Assembly (NCBI RefSeq): GCF_009914755.1
Contig: NC_060931.1
Direction: 5' to 3' (one strand)
Source: the human T2T-CHM13v2.0 reference genome, Homo sapiens
Length of the DNA: 64,000 nucleotides
Shown here piece after piece: positions 40,341-55,589 of the stretch. Below the pieces are notes generated by a model. That model had not been told where the DNA came from and did not search any database. It worked only from the letters and a program-made list of their open reading frames with translations. The first letter of the stretch is position 1, and every line of letters begins with the position of its first letter. The translations under genes were made by a program, and so were the position numbers.

Positions 40341-40639
40341 TTTTTTTTTTTTTTTTTTTGAGATGTGGTCTTGCTCTGTTGCCAGGCTGGAGTGCAGTGG
40401 CACGATCTCGGCTCACTGCAACTCTGTCTCCCGAGTTCAAGCGATTCTTCTGCCTTAGCCTCCCGAGTAGCTGGGACTACAGACACACACCACCACGCCC
40501 GGATAATTTTTTTTTATTTTTAGCAGAGACGGGGGTTTCACTGTGTTGGCCAGGATGGTCTCGATCTCTTGACCTTGTGATCCGCCAGTCTCGGCCTCCC
40601 AAAGTGCTGGGATTACAGGGGTGAGCCACTGCGCCCACC
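40341..40639 (-). mobile_element. AluS (Sc-like)
   Basis: Poly-T and dimer with 'ggatggtctcgatctcttgaccttgtgatcc'. Confidence 0.94.
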
Positions 40640-43216
40640 TGTGCATATTTTTAAGGCATTTAAATCAGCATCTTACTTTTATAATGGCATCTGCCTTATT
40701 AAACACAACTCCTTCACATTTACTCACCATGAGAGGCTAATTTCATCATGGAAGTTTTTCAATGAGGAAATACATGTCACTTCCAAGTGACAAACCAGAT
40801 TTGTTATCAACTTCCATATAATCCTGGACAATAATTGCCCTTCTCAATGGTACTCAGTGATCACTGGCAAAGTTAGAAGTGACAGCACATGCTAGACAGG
40901 ACGTGGATATATCCCTAGAAAATCTCTAATGTTTTAGATCACTAATTGTGATGCAAAAGGAAGAAGCCCATTTGATGCTCTCAAACCCTAGGAGCCTTAG
41001 ATCACTCTCACATCCTCCAAAGAGGGTGAGGGGCCTCTCAAGACCTTTTCACCCTTTCCATGAAACCCTTTGGCTTGCTCATAGCCTGGCTGGAACCTTT
41101 CCTCTCTGTGTTTTTCCCTCCAAGACTGGCTCTTATTTAAGTCTATTTCCACCAATATAAATAGTGGTCTTCAGGGGCCCTCATCTCTAGAATGTTCCTT
41201 ATAGGGAGTATTTGTTCTCATCTTTTAAGGTCACTCCAACACTGAGAGGTAGAATTGGGACCATAAACAGACTAGTTTATCCTAACAAGCTACATATAAA
41301 CACTCTGTCCTACATCTTGCTGAAACCTAGACGTGCCCACTATTTAAAAGTCAGGTGCTTACCTGAACCCAGTTTATTGAGGGTTGTGTTAATTAAGAAG
41401 TCCTAAATATCTGTAACAAGGGATGAAGAGTGACCAGATAGATCCCAGGTTTCGATCTACCACTGCAGATGGACAACCACTATAAAAATTTAGGATTAAT
41501 GTTTCGCTTCTTTGTTGGAAAAAATCTCCTATGGTGGAAATTTCTGGGCAATCTTCTTATATTCTAACTAAATAACTATTAATAAATGCTACTTCAATTA
41601 CTTTAGAGGAAAAGAATATAGTGCCTTAAGAACTTTCCAGCCCTTTAATATGTTCTTCCCAACTCCTTAATAAACAAGCAAAAGAAGAGAAAGTCAGCAT
41701 TTGGGGACAGTGATTTGGGATACTCTGTTGAAGGGAGCTGCTAAAATACAAGGTAAGCATTTTCAGAACAGCCAAAAGAGAAGTAGCCCAGTTCTTCACT
41801 GATCATACCACTTCCTTCTTAAATATAAGCCAGAGAATTCTTATTGTTCTAACACAGATATCTCCGATCTGGCTTTCTGTTAATTATTTTGTTTCCCTAT
41901 TCTAATAAGAAATTCTGACAAAGAAAAAAGAGGTTTATTTTTATGTGATGAATGATAGGACATCTAAATTCCTACTTAATGACAATCAATTTACCATATA
42001 CTCAGGCAAATTAAAATTCCTTTAATTAGTTTTTACAAAGTAAAAGGGTAGCTTCATCCTTTATTTAGATAAAAACCGCCACTGCCTGACTAAACACATT
42101 CTCATCAAATAGGGAAAGTAATGCGGGCTGACCTTCCAAGGATTCTCTCTTATTTTAATTCTTTATTTGCAGATTTTAAATAACTGATTTGCATAATAAC
42201 ACAACTTTTTTTTCAACAATCGCTAATTGAAATGTGGTTATGATGAATCTGAAATGTAAGCTCTCTATGCTAAAAAGCCAAACAACAGAACGCCTGAAGA
42301 AGACGTAACACATTTCTTTTACTTTCCATGTAGTAATGAGCTTCCCAGTGGAAACCAACAGAATCTTGTGTTCCAATGAAACACACAAAGGTAGCTCTTG
42401 ATGGTAAGCAGACTAAGGCTGTAGAGTTTTTACCCCTGTATGAAATAATCACCTTCTTTCTAGTCCGAGACTCAGGACTAAATAACTAGAGGACATATGC
42501 TCGCCCTCTGTCACAGAAGAATCCAAATAGATTGTAAATGGAAAAGTGTAAGTTAATTGCTGCTACTAGGAAAAACAAACAAAACGCTAAGCAAAGGCCC
42601 TACTCAAAGTCATACTGTTGTCCTATTCAAAGGTAGTGGCTTTTGCTGATGTATGACTTGGATGATGCTTTAGGATCACTTCAGAGCGCCTTGCAAACGG
42701 ATGTGTCCTTAAAGGATCTGAAGAGATGAGCGCTCTGGAATGCTCTGATGAGAGGTAATTATAGGCTTACTTGTCTATGCGTCTACGTAAGTGACCCACA
42801 AAAATCATTACACACCTAAGGGACCCCAAAATAAGTGATACAACATGCATCAAGTAATCTCACCTTATTCCACTGCTAGGTACTAAAAGTAGTCCCTTCT
42901 GATTTGGAAAAAGTTTTTATTTTTTCCAAATAAGCTATTTGGCAACTATTGATAACTTGATAACTATTCTGATCCTTTCATATATTCAGCAGCTACAAAC
43001 TGTCTTAGTGGAATACAATTTTTTTAATGTAAAGAAAACATATGGGGCAAACAATCATTTAAGGCAAAAATGTAAAACCTGTTAAAACAGGTATTTTTTA
43101 AAATTAATTTTTAAAGCATAAAATCCATGAAACCAAGGAGTGGGGAGGCAAAGTCCATCCATATATCAAATCCATTCCCCCTTATTTTGTTATCAAGACA
43201 ATCACGACAGGAAAAA

Positions 43217-43428
43217 ATTTTTTTGGTTTGGGGAGACAGGGTCTCACTCTGTCACCCAGGCTGGAGTGCAGTGGCGTGACCAAGACTCACTGCAACACCG
43301 ACCTCCTGGGCTCAAGTGATCCTTCAGCCTCAGCCTCCTGAGTAGCAGGGACTACAGGTACATGCCACTACACCCAGCTAATTTTTAATTTTTTGTAGAG
43401 ATAGATCTCGCTATGTCACCTGGGCTGG
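43217..43428 (-). mobile_element. Truncated AluJ
   Basis: Right arm plus part of left arm: 'gagacagggtctcactctgtcacccaggctgg...ttttgtagagat'. Confidence 0.88.
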
Positions 43429-43705
43429 GATTTTTTTTAACCAGCTAATATTTATATATCGCTGTCAATTACAATTGCCTGCATCTGTCAGTTCACTGGT
43501 ATCCTTGAGCTAAACAGGGGGTCTCAGGATGTCCAAATCTGTGGAAGCTTCTAGAAAACGAAGGGAACCAGAGCACCAGATAGTGGTGGTTCCACTTTCT
43601 CCTCCAGATCAAAAAGTTACACAATCACCTAATCTTTGTATCTTCTTCTCTGTTTCATAAAGTTGCCTTTGCCATTTCCCAAGACTCTAGAAACCAGCCC
43701 CGTCA

Positions 43706-43882
<177 letters not shown>

Positions 43883-45200
43883 TTACTAGCGAAAGAAGGT
43901 CAACTAGAAGTTTCTCTTGAGGCATCTCAGAGTCCATTACACAACCCACATCAGCAATTCCTTTTATGGCTTATTAGAGTAAAGCTCCTTTAACTCAAAT
44001 TGTGCTCTTACTTCCATGAAACATCTTTTATTTGAAAATAAAACTGAAGGAAAGGAATAGAAAAAAGTGAAATGCATTACTAAGTTTTTGTTGTTGGTCT
44101 AAGAAATTATCAACAAATCAGAATGATTAAAATGTATATATGTACATAACCACATTTGCCCCCCAAATAAAATCATTTTTATATCAAATCACTGTATGTT
44201 TGCATTTCTTACAATAGTAGACAACTTAGAAGACTATGATATCTTTCCAGACATACTTAAAATACTTTTCTAAGCTTTCTGACAAGAGTGTCTGAGTTAA
44301 CTCTCACTCACATGAAAAGTCAGGGTTTACCAGTATGAAAAAAGGCAGCACAGCTTTAATAACACAACTGAATGATAAGCTACAATTTTACATTCCATAA
44401 TTTAAAAGCTCTCTTTTCCTTTTCTTCATTACAAAATCAAAAAGAAAATATACCTATCAATCTGGAGCAATTTACTGCCAAGACTCAGCTTTCTAACAGG
44501 ATAATAGTCGGTTTCCACCTGCCAATTTTCGTGCAAAAGCAGCAAGACATTGTAGCAGTTCTGAGGGTGGCCTCCAGACTCATAGAGATCTGGATTTAAA
44601 CTGGCTCCATGAGGTCGTCAGGAGCAAAAATTAAATTATGTATGTAGCACACTTAGCACATAGCATTCAATCAATAAAAGTTTTACGATTATTATCTAGA
44701 AATACCAGCACTCTAGTGATAGGTTTGTGGGTATTTTATATTTGTTTCATATACTTTTTATCCATGATACATGGTAAAGATAGAGATTTAAGGAAAAAAA
44801 CTTTAGGCCACAAGGGAAATATTTATCATGTTACTTTATTTGATTATATTAACTGGATTCTTGAGAGGCAAGAAAAGGAAGGCAAATGAACCAGTCAAAG
44901 AATGTGATATATATACTCGTCATCAAATGCTACACAAAGCAGATGATAAGAGTGCTTTCAGTAGTTTAACTCGTGGTATGACTTTCCACTAGCCCGAATA
45001 AATTTCTGCAGGCCAGGCATAATTCCAAGTCCATTGTCAGCTAGCCTCCCTCTCTCCCTCAGTCTATTCTCCTTGTTAGTCATTTCCACCAACTCCCAAG
45101 GACTTGAAGGAGATGATTCTCCAGTTCTTCAAGTGCAAAATAAAATCTGAAGCAGAAAATCTAATTCATATTTGATTTTTATTTTTAAAATGTGAATCTT

Positions 45201-45495
45201 GGCCAGGCACAGTGGCTCATGCCTGTAATCCCAGCACTTTGGGAGGTAGAGGTGGGTAGATCGCTTGAGCTCAGGAGTTTGAGACCAGCATGGGCAACAT
45301 GGCGAAACGCTGTCTCTACAAAAAATATAAAAATTAGCTAGGCGTGGTGGTGCACACCAGTGGTCCCAGCTACTTAGGGGGCTGAGACAGGAAGATGACT
45401 TGAACCCAGCAGGTCTGGGGTACAGTGAGCTGAGATTGCACCAAGGCACTCCAGCCTGGGGAACAAAGTGAGACCCTTTCTCAAAATAAAATAAA
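45201..45495 (+). mobile_element. Full-length AluJ
   Basis: ggccaggcacagtggctcatgcc...gatcgcttgagctcagg; TSD aaaatgtgaatctt/aaaatgttaatcct. Confidence 0.94.
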
Positions 45496-46184
45496 ATGTT
45501 AATCCTGCCCAAAGGGCAAAACTTATTCTTTAGCTACCTGTATTACTATTATTAACCAGTAAATTCAATGCACTGAATCAAAAAAGAAAAAAGTGGCTGT
45601 TACTGAAGGAAAGCTATTTCTGAAAACCCAAGTGAGTGGATGTTTCCTGAGACACTTCATGCAGCTTCTCACCATGCACACCCAGCCTCAGGAAGGCGTC
45701 TACCTAGAGAATGTGGATAGGGCATGGAAGTCGCATCAAGCACTGCTCAGTGAAATGAAATGCCTGGTGTTTCTCTGATGTGGAACAGGCAGTGGTGATT
45801 TGCAATCTCTTGCAAAGAATTCAGAGCCTGCTACCTGTAATTAATAGGTGATGCAATTCTGGACCTTGATTCAGATTCCAGTGATTATTGGGCAAGTGAA
45901 TTCCTATGTGTGCGTGATATGGAAAATACTTTTCCTGAATCAAAGGACCAGTTTATAAGTTGACACCAGGAGAATACACAGCTCCAATTAAGAAGAGTCA
46001 TGTGGAAAGTAATGGGGGGACTAACAGAACCAACAGGAATTCGATCCTTAAGAGCCTAAAATGAGCAACAAGTATAAGAAAGTCTAAGCTCATTTCCTTT
46101 CCCAGTACATACTTCTTCGGATTTTCATGTGGCATGGTCAAGAATAGAAAGCACAGGCAACAGCCCTGGACCATGATGTTTTCT

Positions 46185-46350
46185 AAGACCTTGCCACTCA
46201 GAGTGTGGTCCAGGCACCAACAGCACTGACATCATCGGCTTTTGAGGAGCACAGAATCTCAGGCCCCACCTGATCCCACCTGATGCAGAATCACGTTTTA
46301 TCAGGCTCCCCAGGTGATTCATAGACACACTAGAGTTTGGGAAGCCCTCC
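46185..46350. mobile_element. MER5A (hAT-Charlie) DNA transposon
   Basis: 'ctcagagtgtggtcc...cagaatctcaggccccacc...cagaatcacgttttatcaggctccccaggtgattc...agtttgggaagcc'. Confidence 0.85.
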
Positions 46351-46539
46351 TCTAACAGACGCATCTGTATAAATGTGCTCAGACACACAGAACAGAAAAG
46401 TGTTCATCAGAAGGTGAGTAAAACACTCATGTTACACATGCACGTGTGTGAATGGCTACAGGACCAGTCTAATCATATGTGAAGCAGCAGAACAGAACCC
46501 TAGTTACCAGCAGGGATTTGGGAATCAGAAACATTTTCA

Positions 46540-47124
<585 letters not shown>

Positions 47125-49744
47125 TCAAAGGAGCCTTGTGGAAAAAACTGCAGGCAAATACATATTAGTACTATTATTTTAAAATCAGCATGATATAATG
47201 CAGGCAGAGCATCGCTATGCAATTGTTTGGGAAAATAAATTGATCTCTGAGAAACTTCATTGCACTCCAAAATAGTAAAATAAAGGTCAACCTATGGCTT
47301 CTTCCATGAGAAGAAATTCTAAATAACAGGCAACTGGGCTTAAAGTGGTTGCTACAATTGTATTTTCCACTTGACCCAAATATTAATGTTACCATTTAAA
47401 ACTTACCTCTTACTAGCATGGTGTTGCATAAAAATAAGAAAGAAAAGAAAAGAAAAAAGAAAGGGAAAGAAAAGAACAGAACAGAACAGAATGAAAGAAT
47501 ACAATCCCAAATTTGTCTGGTCTGGAAGCCTGATCATGCACATGGCAGAGCTGTCCGTAAGGAAGAAGACCCATTGCAAAAGTCTGCTTAGAAATGGGAA
47601 ATCGGTCACTCTAAAGATCCAGGCACATGTCTGTTTAACTTCCCAGGGCCTCGCAGTGGTAAGTAAAATGACTTTTATGGATCCAGGTGTGAGTGCTTGG
47701 AAGGCAACTCCTCCCCTTTGTGCAGCAGCACCTGGAATCAGCTTTCTGCTCAAGCCCTTTTCCATGAGGCATCCCGATGAGCCACGTTCAGTGAGCAGTA
47801 GCAACTAAGTGCTCCCGGGTTAGAAAGTTGGGGAAGAATGCATTTTCAATCAAGCCCTTGCGTCGGTTATAATGAGCTAAGGTAGAATGTAGGCTTTTGG
47901 TTAATAAAAATAAATTCTAAAACACACCTTGCTACCACGATATCCTGATCTGCTTCTGGAGAGAGATTCCTCAAAATCCCCTCACACCTGCTGCCCCATA
48001 GCCACAGCCACACCCTGAGACAGCCACTTCTAGAATGGCCAGTCTGCATAACCTCCTGGACCACCAAGTTCCTTCTCTAACGGAAAACATTTGGCATGGA
48101 TAATCAGGGAACTGGCTCTGACAGGTTAAACAGTTGTGCTCCCCGCTTTTCCTCATTCACAGAGGGTGCGGCCATAGGAAGGGGAGGCCCTGATAGAGAG
48201 AGATCAACTGAGAACAGCAAATTCCTCTTCCACCACTGGCTTTAGGAGTGAAATGAAAGGGAGGGGGAAACACATTTTCTCCTTGCAAAGCAAATGCTCA
48301 CGCACAGCCCGGCCCCCATCACCCTGTCAGAATATAATCTTGGTAAAAGCCAGCTCCACTAAGTGCACAGCGCAGACACTGAAATAAATGAAATCAGAGA
48401 TCAGATAATGAATTTTCTCTCAGTAGAAAATGAAAGAAGTTGAAATATGGTGGTGGGGGTGGATTTTCTCACTTTCTCCTTCTGACTCTTTTTTCATTTT
48501 GAACTAAAAAAAAAATGAGGCTTTTTATTTGTTACTTAGATGCTACTTTGGGAAAGCAAAATAAAAATCCAAAGTTTTCTAAATTTACACATGGGAAGAG
48601 TAAGAAATCACCACCAGCAAATAGCTATTTCTTTTCAAAACAGCTTGAGGCTTTCACACCCAATCAGAAATTAGTAAAATGGCTTGTTTAAATAGAAATC
48701 AACATAACCTATTAGTCTTTCCTATTTTAGCTCTTTACTACAAAACAAGTTGGCTTTCTGTTCTTTGTTAACTCAGCCCCTAAGCTCCATTTAGACGTGT
48801 CCGCCATTGGTTAAATCTTACACCGTATTTAGATGTGTTTGCTACCTTAGAAGGTACAGGGGATGCTCTAATTCATTCATTTATTCTTCACAAGAAAGGA
48901 CAAGCAATCCTTCCAATCTGATTCTAAACACAGACTTGTTTATAGATTTCCACTGAGGGACTGGTGCCACCGAATGCAGAAGAGCTGTTTCAAGAAAGCC
49001 ATGAGATGACGCCTCCTGGGCCAGCTTTTGCAATCCAGGAATAACTTGGTCTGAGCAACATGAACTAAACATCAGGGTGGGCAGTGACATTTCTTACTGG
49101 CTTTTCTTGATTTACCCAAAGATTGAAACCTATTATTTCTCCAAAATTCCAGAGTTGAGAAGAGTGGTAAGAATATCCCTAGAGGTCCAAATTCTATTTT
49201 GGAGAATTATGCACAGGAAAACCAATCAGCATCTAGAAAAACACAAAAATTATAGCGGCCAGGCTAGGGTGGTCATCAATCCCAAAGAAAGCCTAGGAAG
49301 CTGTTTTCTCCTCACAAAAGTCTATCAAGTCTGATGTCCCTGTCACTGCTTCACTTGGATTCAAGCCTTTCCCACCAGGACACTGAAGGTACCTACTAAA
49401 CCAGCTTCCCACGAGTGAGGCTCCAAGACCTGGTCATATCTTCTCTGGCAGGAGCACTGGGCTCTACGGTCCTTTTACATACTGCTGAGAAGCAACAGTG
49501 GAAAGGAGGGTTCCTCCAGGATTTGAAGATAAAGATACAGGTGCATCAGGCAGTCATAAGGGGGTCATCAGGAATTCTAGATACAGATGTATCCAAGCAG
49601 TGGGACTCAATGTGCGTGGACCTCAGCCTTGATACTCACCTTCTCCTCTTCCTTAAAGGTCCAATGGGGAAGATAACCTCGTGGGAGTCTTAGGAAGTTG
49701 ACAAGAGTAAAGTCTCATGTACTGAGCCTAGTATATACTGAATG

Positions 49745-49935
49745 CTCAACACATACACACACACACATATATACAAATATACACATACATCCATATGTAA
49801 AATCATATGTGACATATACATCACATACTGTGCTAACATATTCCACCCATAATACACATATACACAAACATATTTATATACACATGTGTATATGTACACA
49901 GATATATGCACACATATAAACATATATACATGCAT
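49745..49935. repeat. Degenerate (CA/TA)n low-complexity tract
   Basis: Directly visible. Confidence 0.85.
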
Positions 49936-49994
49936 AGTAGGGGTAGCAAATGCAACATACTGTGTGATTTCAAATATTGAAATATTAAGACATT

Positions 49995-50625
49995 CTTTTT
50001 GTTAGCAGACTTTGTTTAGAGCAATTTAAATTCATAGCAAAATTGAGCTGTAGTACAGAGATTTCCCATATAACCCCCACCCCCAGCCTCTACATATAAA
50101 TAGCCTCCTGTCATTATCAACATCTTCTACCAGAGTGGTGCATTTGTTACGAGTGATGAGCCTACACTCACACATCATCGTCACCCAAAGTCCATAGTTT
50201 AGGGTTCACTCTTGGTGTTATCCTTTCTACGGGTTTGGGCAAATGTATCTACCGTTACAGTATCATACAGAGCAGTCTCACTGCCTTAAAAATCCTCTTT
50301 CACCAATTCTTCCCTTCTTCCTTCTCCCAGCCCCCAACCCCAGGAAACCACTCATCTTTTTGCCCTCGCCATAGTTTTGCCTTTTCCAGAATGTCAGGCA
50401 GTATGTAGACTTTCCAGATTGGCCTCTTTTACTTCGTAATATGCATTTAAGTTTCCTCCATATTTTTTCAAAGTTCATTTCCTTTTAGCACTGAATAATA
50501 TTCCATTGTATGGAATAGCTTATTTACTCTTTCACTTACTGAAGGAAAACTTGGTTATTTCGAAGTTTTGGCAATTATGAATAAAGCTGCTATAAACATC
50601 TGTGTCCAGGTTTTTTGTGTGGAAG
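49995..50625 (-). mobile_element. L1MC-type 3' end fragment
   Basis: 'acccaaagtccatagtttagggttcactcttgg', 'acagtatcatacagagcagtctcactgccttaaaaatcctc', 'gttttggcaattatgaataaagctgctataaacat'. Confidence 0.85.
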
Positions 50626-51322
50626 AATCCCCTTTCCATAGCAAATCTGATCACACCAGTCGGCTTTGCTCCTCTCCCTGACAGCACCTTGGAGGCACCT
50701 CCTTGGATTTTCCAGGACCTCCCTTAGTAAAATCATAAAGTCACATGAGGTGGTTAAGAAAATGAAGTCAGTAATTAAATGCAAGGGCTTTGAAGGAATG
50801 GGATTTGAAGGTTTCTTCACTTATTCCCTCACTCAAGCATCAGTTTCCTTATACACAAAATTGGAACAATCACAGCTCCCTCCAGGAGCTGCCGTGAGGG
50901 CTGAAATCCTGTGTGTAAAGGTAGGAACACAGTGCCTAAGTGCTGTGGTTGTTGATATTCTTGTAGAACCAGCCAACAACACTTCTTTTCTTCTGATTCT
51001 AAACTCAGAAAAAAAAAAGTCCAAATGGCGATTTGTTCCCTAGCGGAGCAGTGGCTGGTATTCAGTTTCTCATTAAAATGTGGTCACTTATTAATTGTTT
51101 CCACATTAGGCTCTCGTGAGCTGGGTTAGCATATTTCTCTAATGCTAAAGTGTGACAAAAATGAGTTTCTAAGCAAACAAAGCTGAGCATCCAAACTTCA
51201 ACTACCATAGCCAAACAGCCTCCTGACATGTAAATAGTCTTTAAATAAAGGTGTTTTTAACCTTACCTAACGGAGCCATCTTCAAATTCTTGGCAGCTAG
51301 ATCATTTGTCAGTTATTGTGGC

Positions 51323-51623
51323 TTTGTTTTTTGTTTTCGAGACAGAGTTTCACTCTTGTTGCCCGGGCTGGAGTGCAGTGGCGCAATCTCGGCTCACTGC
51401 AACCTCCGCCCTCCAGGGTTCAAGCGATTCTCCTGTCTCAGCCTCCCGAGTAGCTGGGATTACAGGCATGTGCCACCATGCCCAGCTAAGTTTTTGTCTT
51501 TTTAGTAGAGACAAGGTTTCACCATGTTGATTAGGCCAGTCTTGAACTCCTGATCTCAGATGATCCGCCCGCCTCGGCCTCCCAAAGTGCTGGGATTACA
51601 GGCGTGAGCCATGGCTCCCGGCC
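51323..51623 (-). mobile_element. Full-length AluS
   Basis: Antisense dimer; TSD cagttattgtg/caattattgtg. Confidence 0.95.
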
Positions 51624-53028
51624 CAATTATTGTGTTTTTAACTGGAAAGCAAATCTGGGAGAGAAGGTTAAGCTCCTTAAATTTATCAGGCAGACGTGTG
51701 TTCACTGCTATGTGAGGGGCACTCAGGATTATGACCAGAGGAGGGCTGAATTCCACTGAAGGAAGAGGACAGGGGAGGTATGGAGAAGGCGGCCACAAAA
51801 TTTCCCATAGAAATGACATATATTTTCCTACAAACTATCATCAACTTGGCCTGGTAAATATTTGTCGAGCTTGTTAAAAATCTTCATTTGAAGATTAAAA
51901 GTAGTGCCAGGAAAAAAACTGTGGTGTCTGCTTGATGCACATTTTTAGTAGATACACACAGAAATGAACTGAGGATCACCGCTTTCGGTCTTTGTGGCAG
52001 TCCACCTTCTCTCTGTCCTGGGACTGTCTGTGGCTCAGTCATTGGAGGGAGACACAAACCAGGGAGGAAAGAACAACAAACAAACATTCTGAGAAAAACA
52101 CTGAAATTCAGAACTGGTCCAAGAACAGACATTCCATGCTATTTATGTTGCAGCAAAAGAGTATAGAAATATGCCTGTGGCCCTCCAAACTAAATCTGAC
52201 AAACTGCTGTCTGGGCACCAGAGATTCCCAAACTGTAGAGTGTTGTTGGGACTACAGGGCACAGCTGGGAAGATGTGCCTCGCCCCATTATCCCTGTGTC
52301 TTGGCTCCTGTATGCAATGCCTCTGTGTCCTCTCAGGGATAAGGCCCTTTATGCTGTTTCTACCCCTCTGTCTTCCAAGACATTGGAGACCTAATGAGTC
52401 ACTGGCATTTTGTTTCCGTATTGCCCAGTGGAAACTGTTTGTTGGTGTAGGTAACTTGATTTCAGAATATTTTTTATATGGTCATGAAAATAGATTACAA
52501 TGAAAGAGTAGAAGATTCTTATCAGAGCATTTTTAACAGTACACCATGAGAAACTTAAAACATGTTGCAGAGAATAACTGGACTTCTGAGTTAGAATGAA
52601 ATATTATTATATAATCTAATTCATTACTGCCTTTTCATCTATCTTACTAGGTTACTAAAATGCCAAGATTAAAATCACAGTATTTAATCACTTGCATTAC
52701 CCATTATGAGAGCATTAAACAAGGTTTACATGCCAGATTATTACAATTTGCTCGCACATTGCTTGGGATACTGGAAATGTACACATATCTCCTGCATCTC
52801 TGCATGACTGCTCCAACTACTGGAAGACTGAAATATGTTGGTTTTTTACATAAGCTTATTTTTTGTTTTTTTAAATATAACAAGTAGACATCCTTCTTCA
52901 TATTCAAGCAGTGGTCTGATAGAGAACAGAGGGTAGTTGTTCTTTTTAATGCATTTTTAACCAATTAATTAATTATTCAATAAATACCATTTTAATAAAT
53001 CAAAATTTGTAAGAAAAAATTTGCTTTT

Positions 53029-53482
<454 letters not shown>

Positions 53483-54196
53483 CTAAAGAAAACAAATATC
53501 TAAAATGTTCAAGAGTAAAACAGTAGACACTGTCATAAATCTGCACAATCCTATACTTTTTTTTCCCTCTATGCAAGGTAAGCTTTCAGATAACCTCTGC
53601 CCTAGAAACACCACGTGACCCTGAGAGGTGCAGATGGTTATGGTGGTTACTTTCCATCTGCTCTTCCTCCTCCCCAAGGCCACAGCCTGTGTGGGGAGTC
53701 TCGTCTTTAAGGTCTGAATCAGCTGGCTCGCCTTCCCTCCGGTTTCCACTTAAGGGAAGCAAGGCAGGAGATGGCAGGAAGGGAAAACAAGTCCCCTCCT
53801 CCCTCTCTGCTAGCTGTGGCTCTGTGGTATGGCATTGCTCCCCCAAGGCCACTGTTCCTGGTGGGCGAGCCCTCCTCTGCTGCTCCAGCCCTCACTGAAT
53901 CACTTTTTCATTCCAACTTTGACTGTATTAGGGGCTTTACTATTACTTGTTTGTCCCCTTAACCCTACCCACACCTCTGTACATACCCACTCCATCAGCC
54001 CCCAGGCCCCTAGTTGATAAAATGGTTCCATTTCCAATCCTATTTTCATCATCTTTGTAGCTATGAAATATTTTTCCATGAATTCTTAATTGGCATATGC
54101 TTTTTACAAATTTACCATTTGGATTTTAATTTTTAAAAACTACATGTATAACCACACAGATGAACATTTCAATGATCTCTTCATTGGATATACATT

Positions 54197-54530
54197 TGAT
54201 ATCATTTGGCTGTGTCTCTACCCAAATCTCATCTTGAATTCCCATGTGTTGTTGGGGGGAACATGTGGGAGGTGGTTGAATCATGGAGGCGGGTCTGTTC
54301 TCCTGATGTTGAATGGGTCTCATGAGATCTGATGGTTTTATAGAGGGGAGTTTCCCTGCACGGGCTCTCTCCTCTTGTCTGCCACCATGTGAGAAGTGCC
54401 TTTCATCTTCCACCATGATTGTGAGGCCTCCCCAGCCACGTGGAACTGTAAGTCCATTAAACTTCTTTCTTTTGTAAATTGCCCAGTCTCGGGCATGTCT
54501 TTATCAGCAGCATGAAAATGGACTAATATA
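54197..54530 (+). mobile_element. THE1 (ERVL-MaLR) solo LTR
   Basis: tgatatcatttggctgtgtc...cagcagcatgaaaatggactaatata; perfect 5-bp TSD ACATT at 54192-54196 and 54531-54535. Confidence 0.93.
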
Positions 54531-54995
54531 ACATTTTATTGAAAATCCATTCCCTAAGAATCCGCTATGATTTCTGCACTTGGGAGAGATTTCAAGGAGC
54601 ATGATACATGGTTGCATGGTCTCTTCTCTGAAAGAGCCTACAGTCAAATGAGGCAAAAGGCTACACTCAAAAGAAGTGTGTATGAGTAGATGTGACCTAA
54701 TGAGTGGTGGCACAGCTAAAAAGCATTCACAGGAGGCTCCCAAAAGCATGTGGGTCATGAAAAATATGGACAATGAACCAGCACAAAAAGTAAATATGAT
54801 TTGAATGAAAGTGGCCACTAAAGGTGAGGGCTAGAATATTGCTTAACGTATGCATTAATGCTAAGGTGATGAATATTTTCTTACATGGAGAATTTAAAGG
54901 CTAAGGCTGATTTTTTTAAAGACAGAGAAGGGAAAAGAAATATTTGTTTTAATGATGAAACATTACTTCAAGAGATTTTTGTAAATAAGTTTATT

Positions 54996-55383
<388 letters not shown>

Positions 55384-55589
55384 TTATTTAAGAAAAGAAA
55401 TAGCCATTCACTCTATCCAAGCTAACCAATGTCAACATTTTAACATAATTACTTCCAGCATTTTCTCAGGCATTATGCACTTCTTACATATTAAAAATAA
55501 AAATCATGTATTTTGAATTATACTTTATTTCTTAGTATGATAAGGTTTTTCTATTATCTTTTAACTAACTCTCCATAAACATCATTTAT

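Noticed and set aside
47371-47808. Overlapping 145-aa and 133-aa ORFs on opposite strands
   Set aside because: Carried partly by a purine-rich simple repeat (~47435-47490); no homology recognised.
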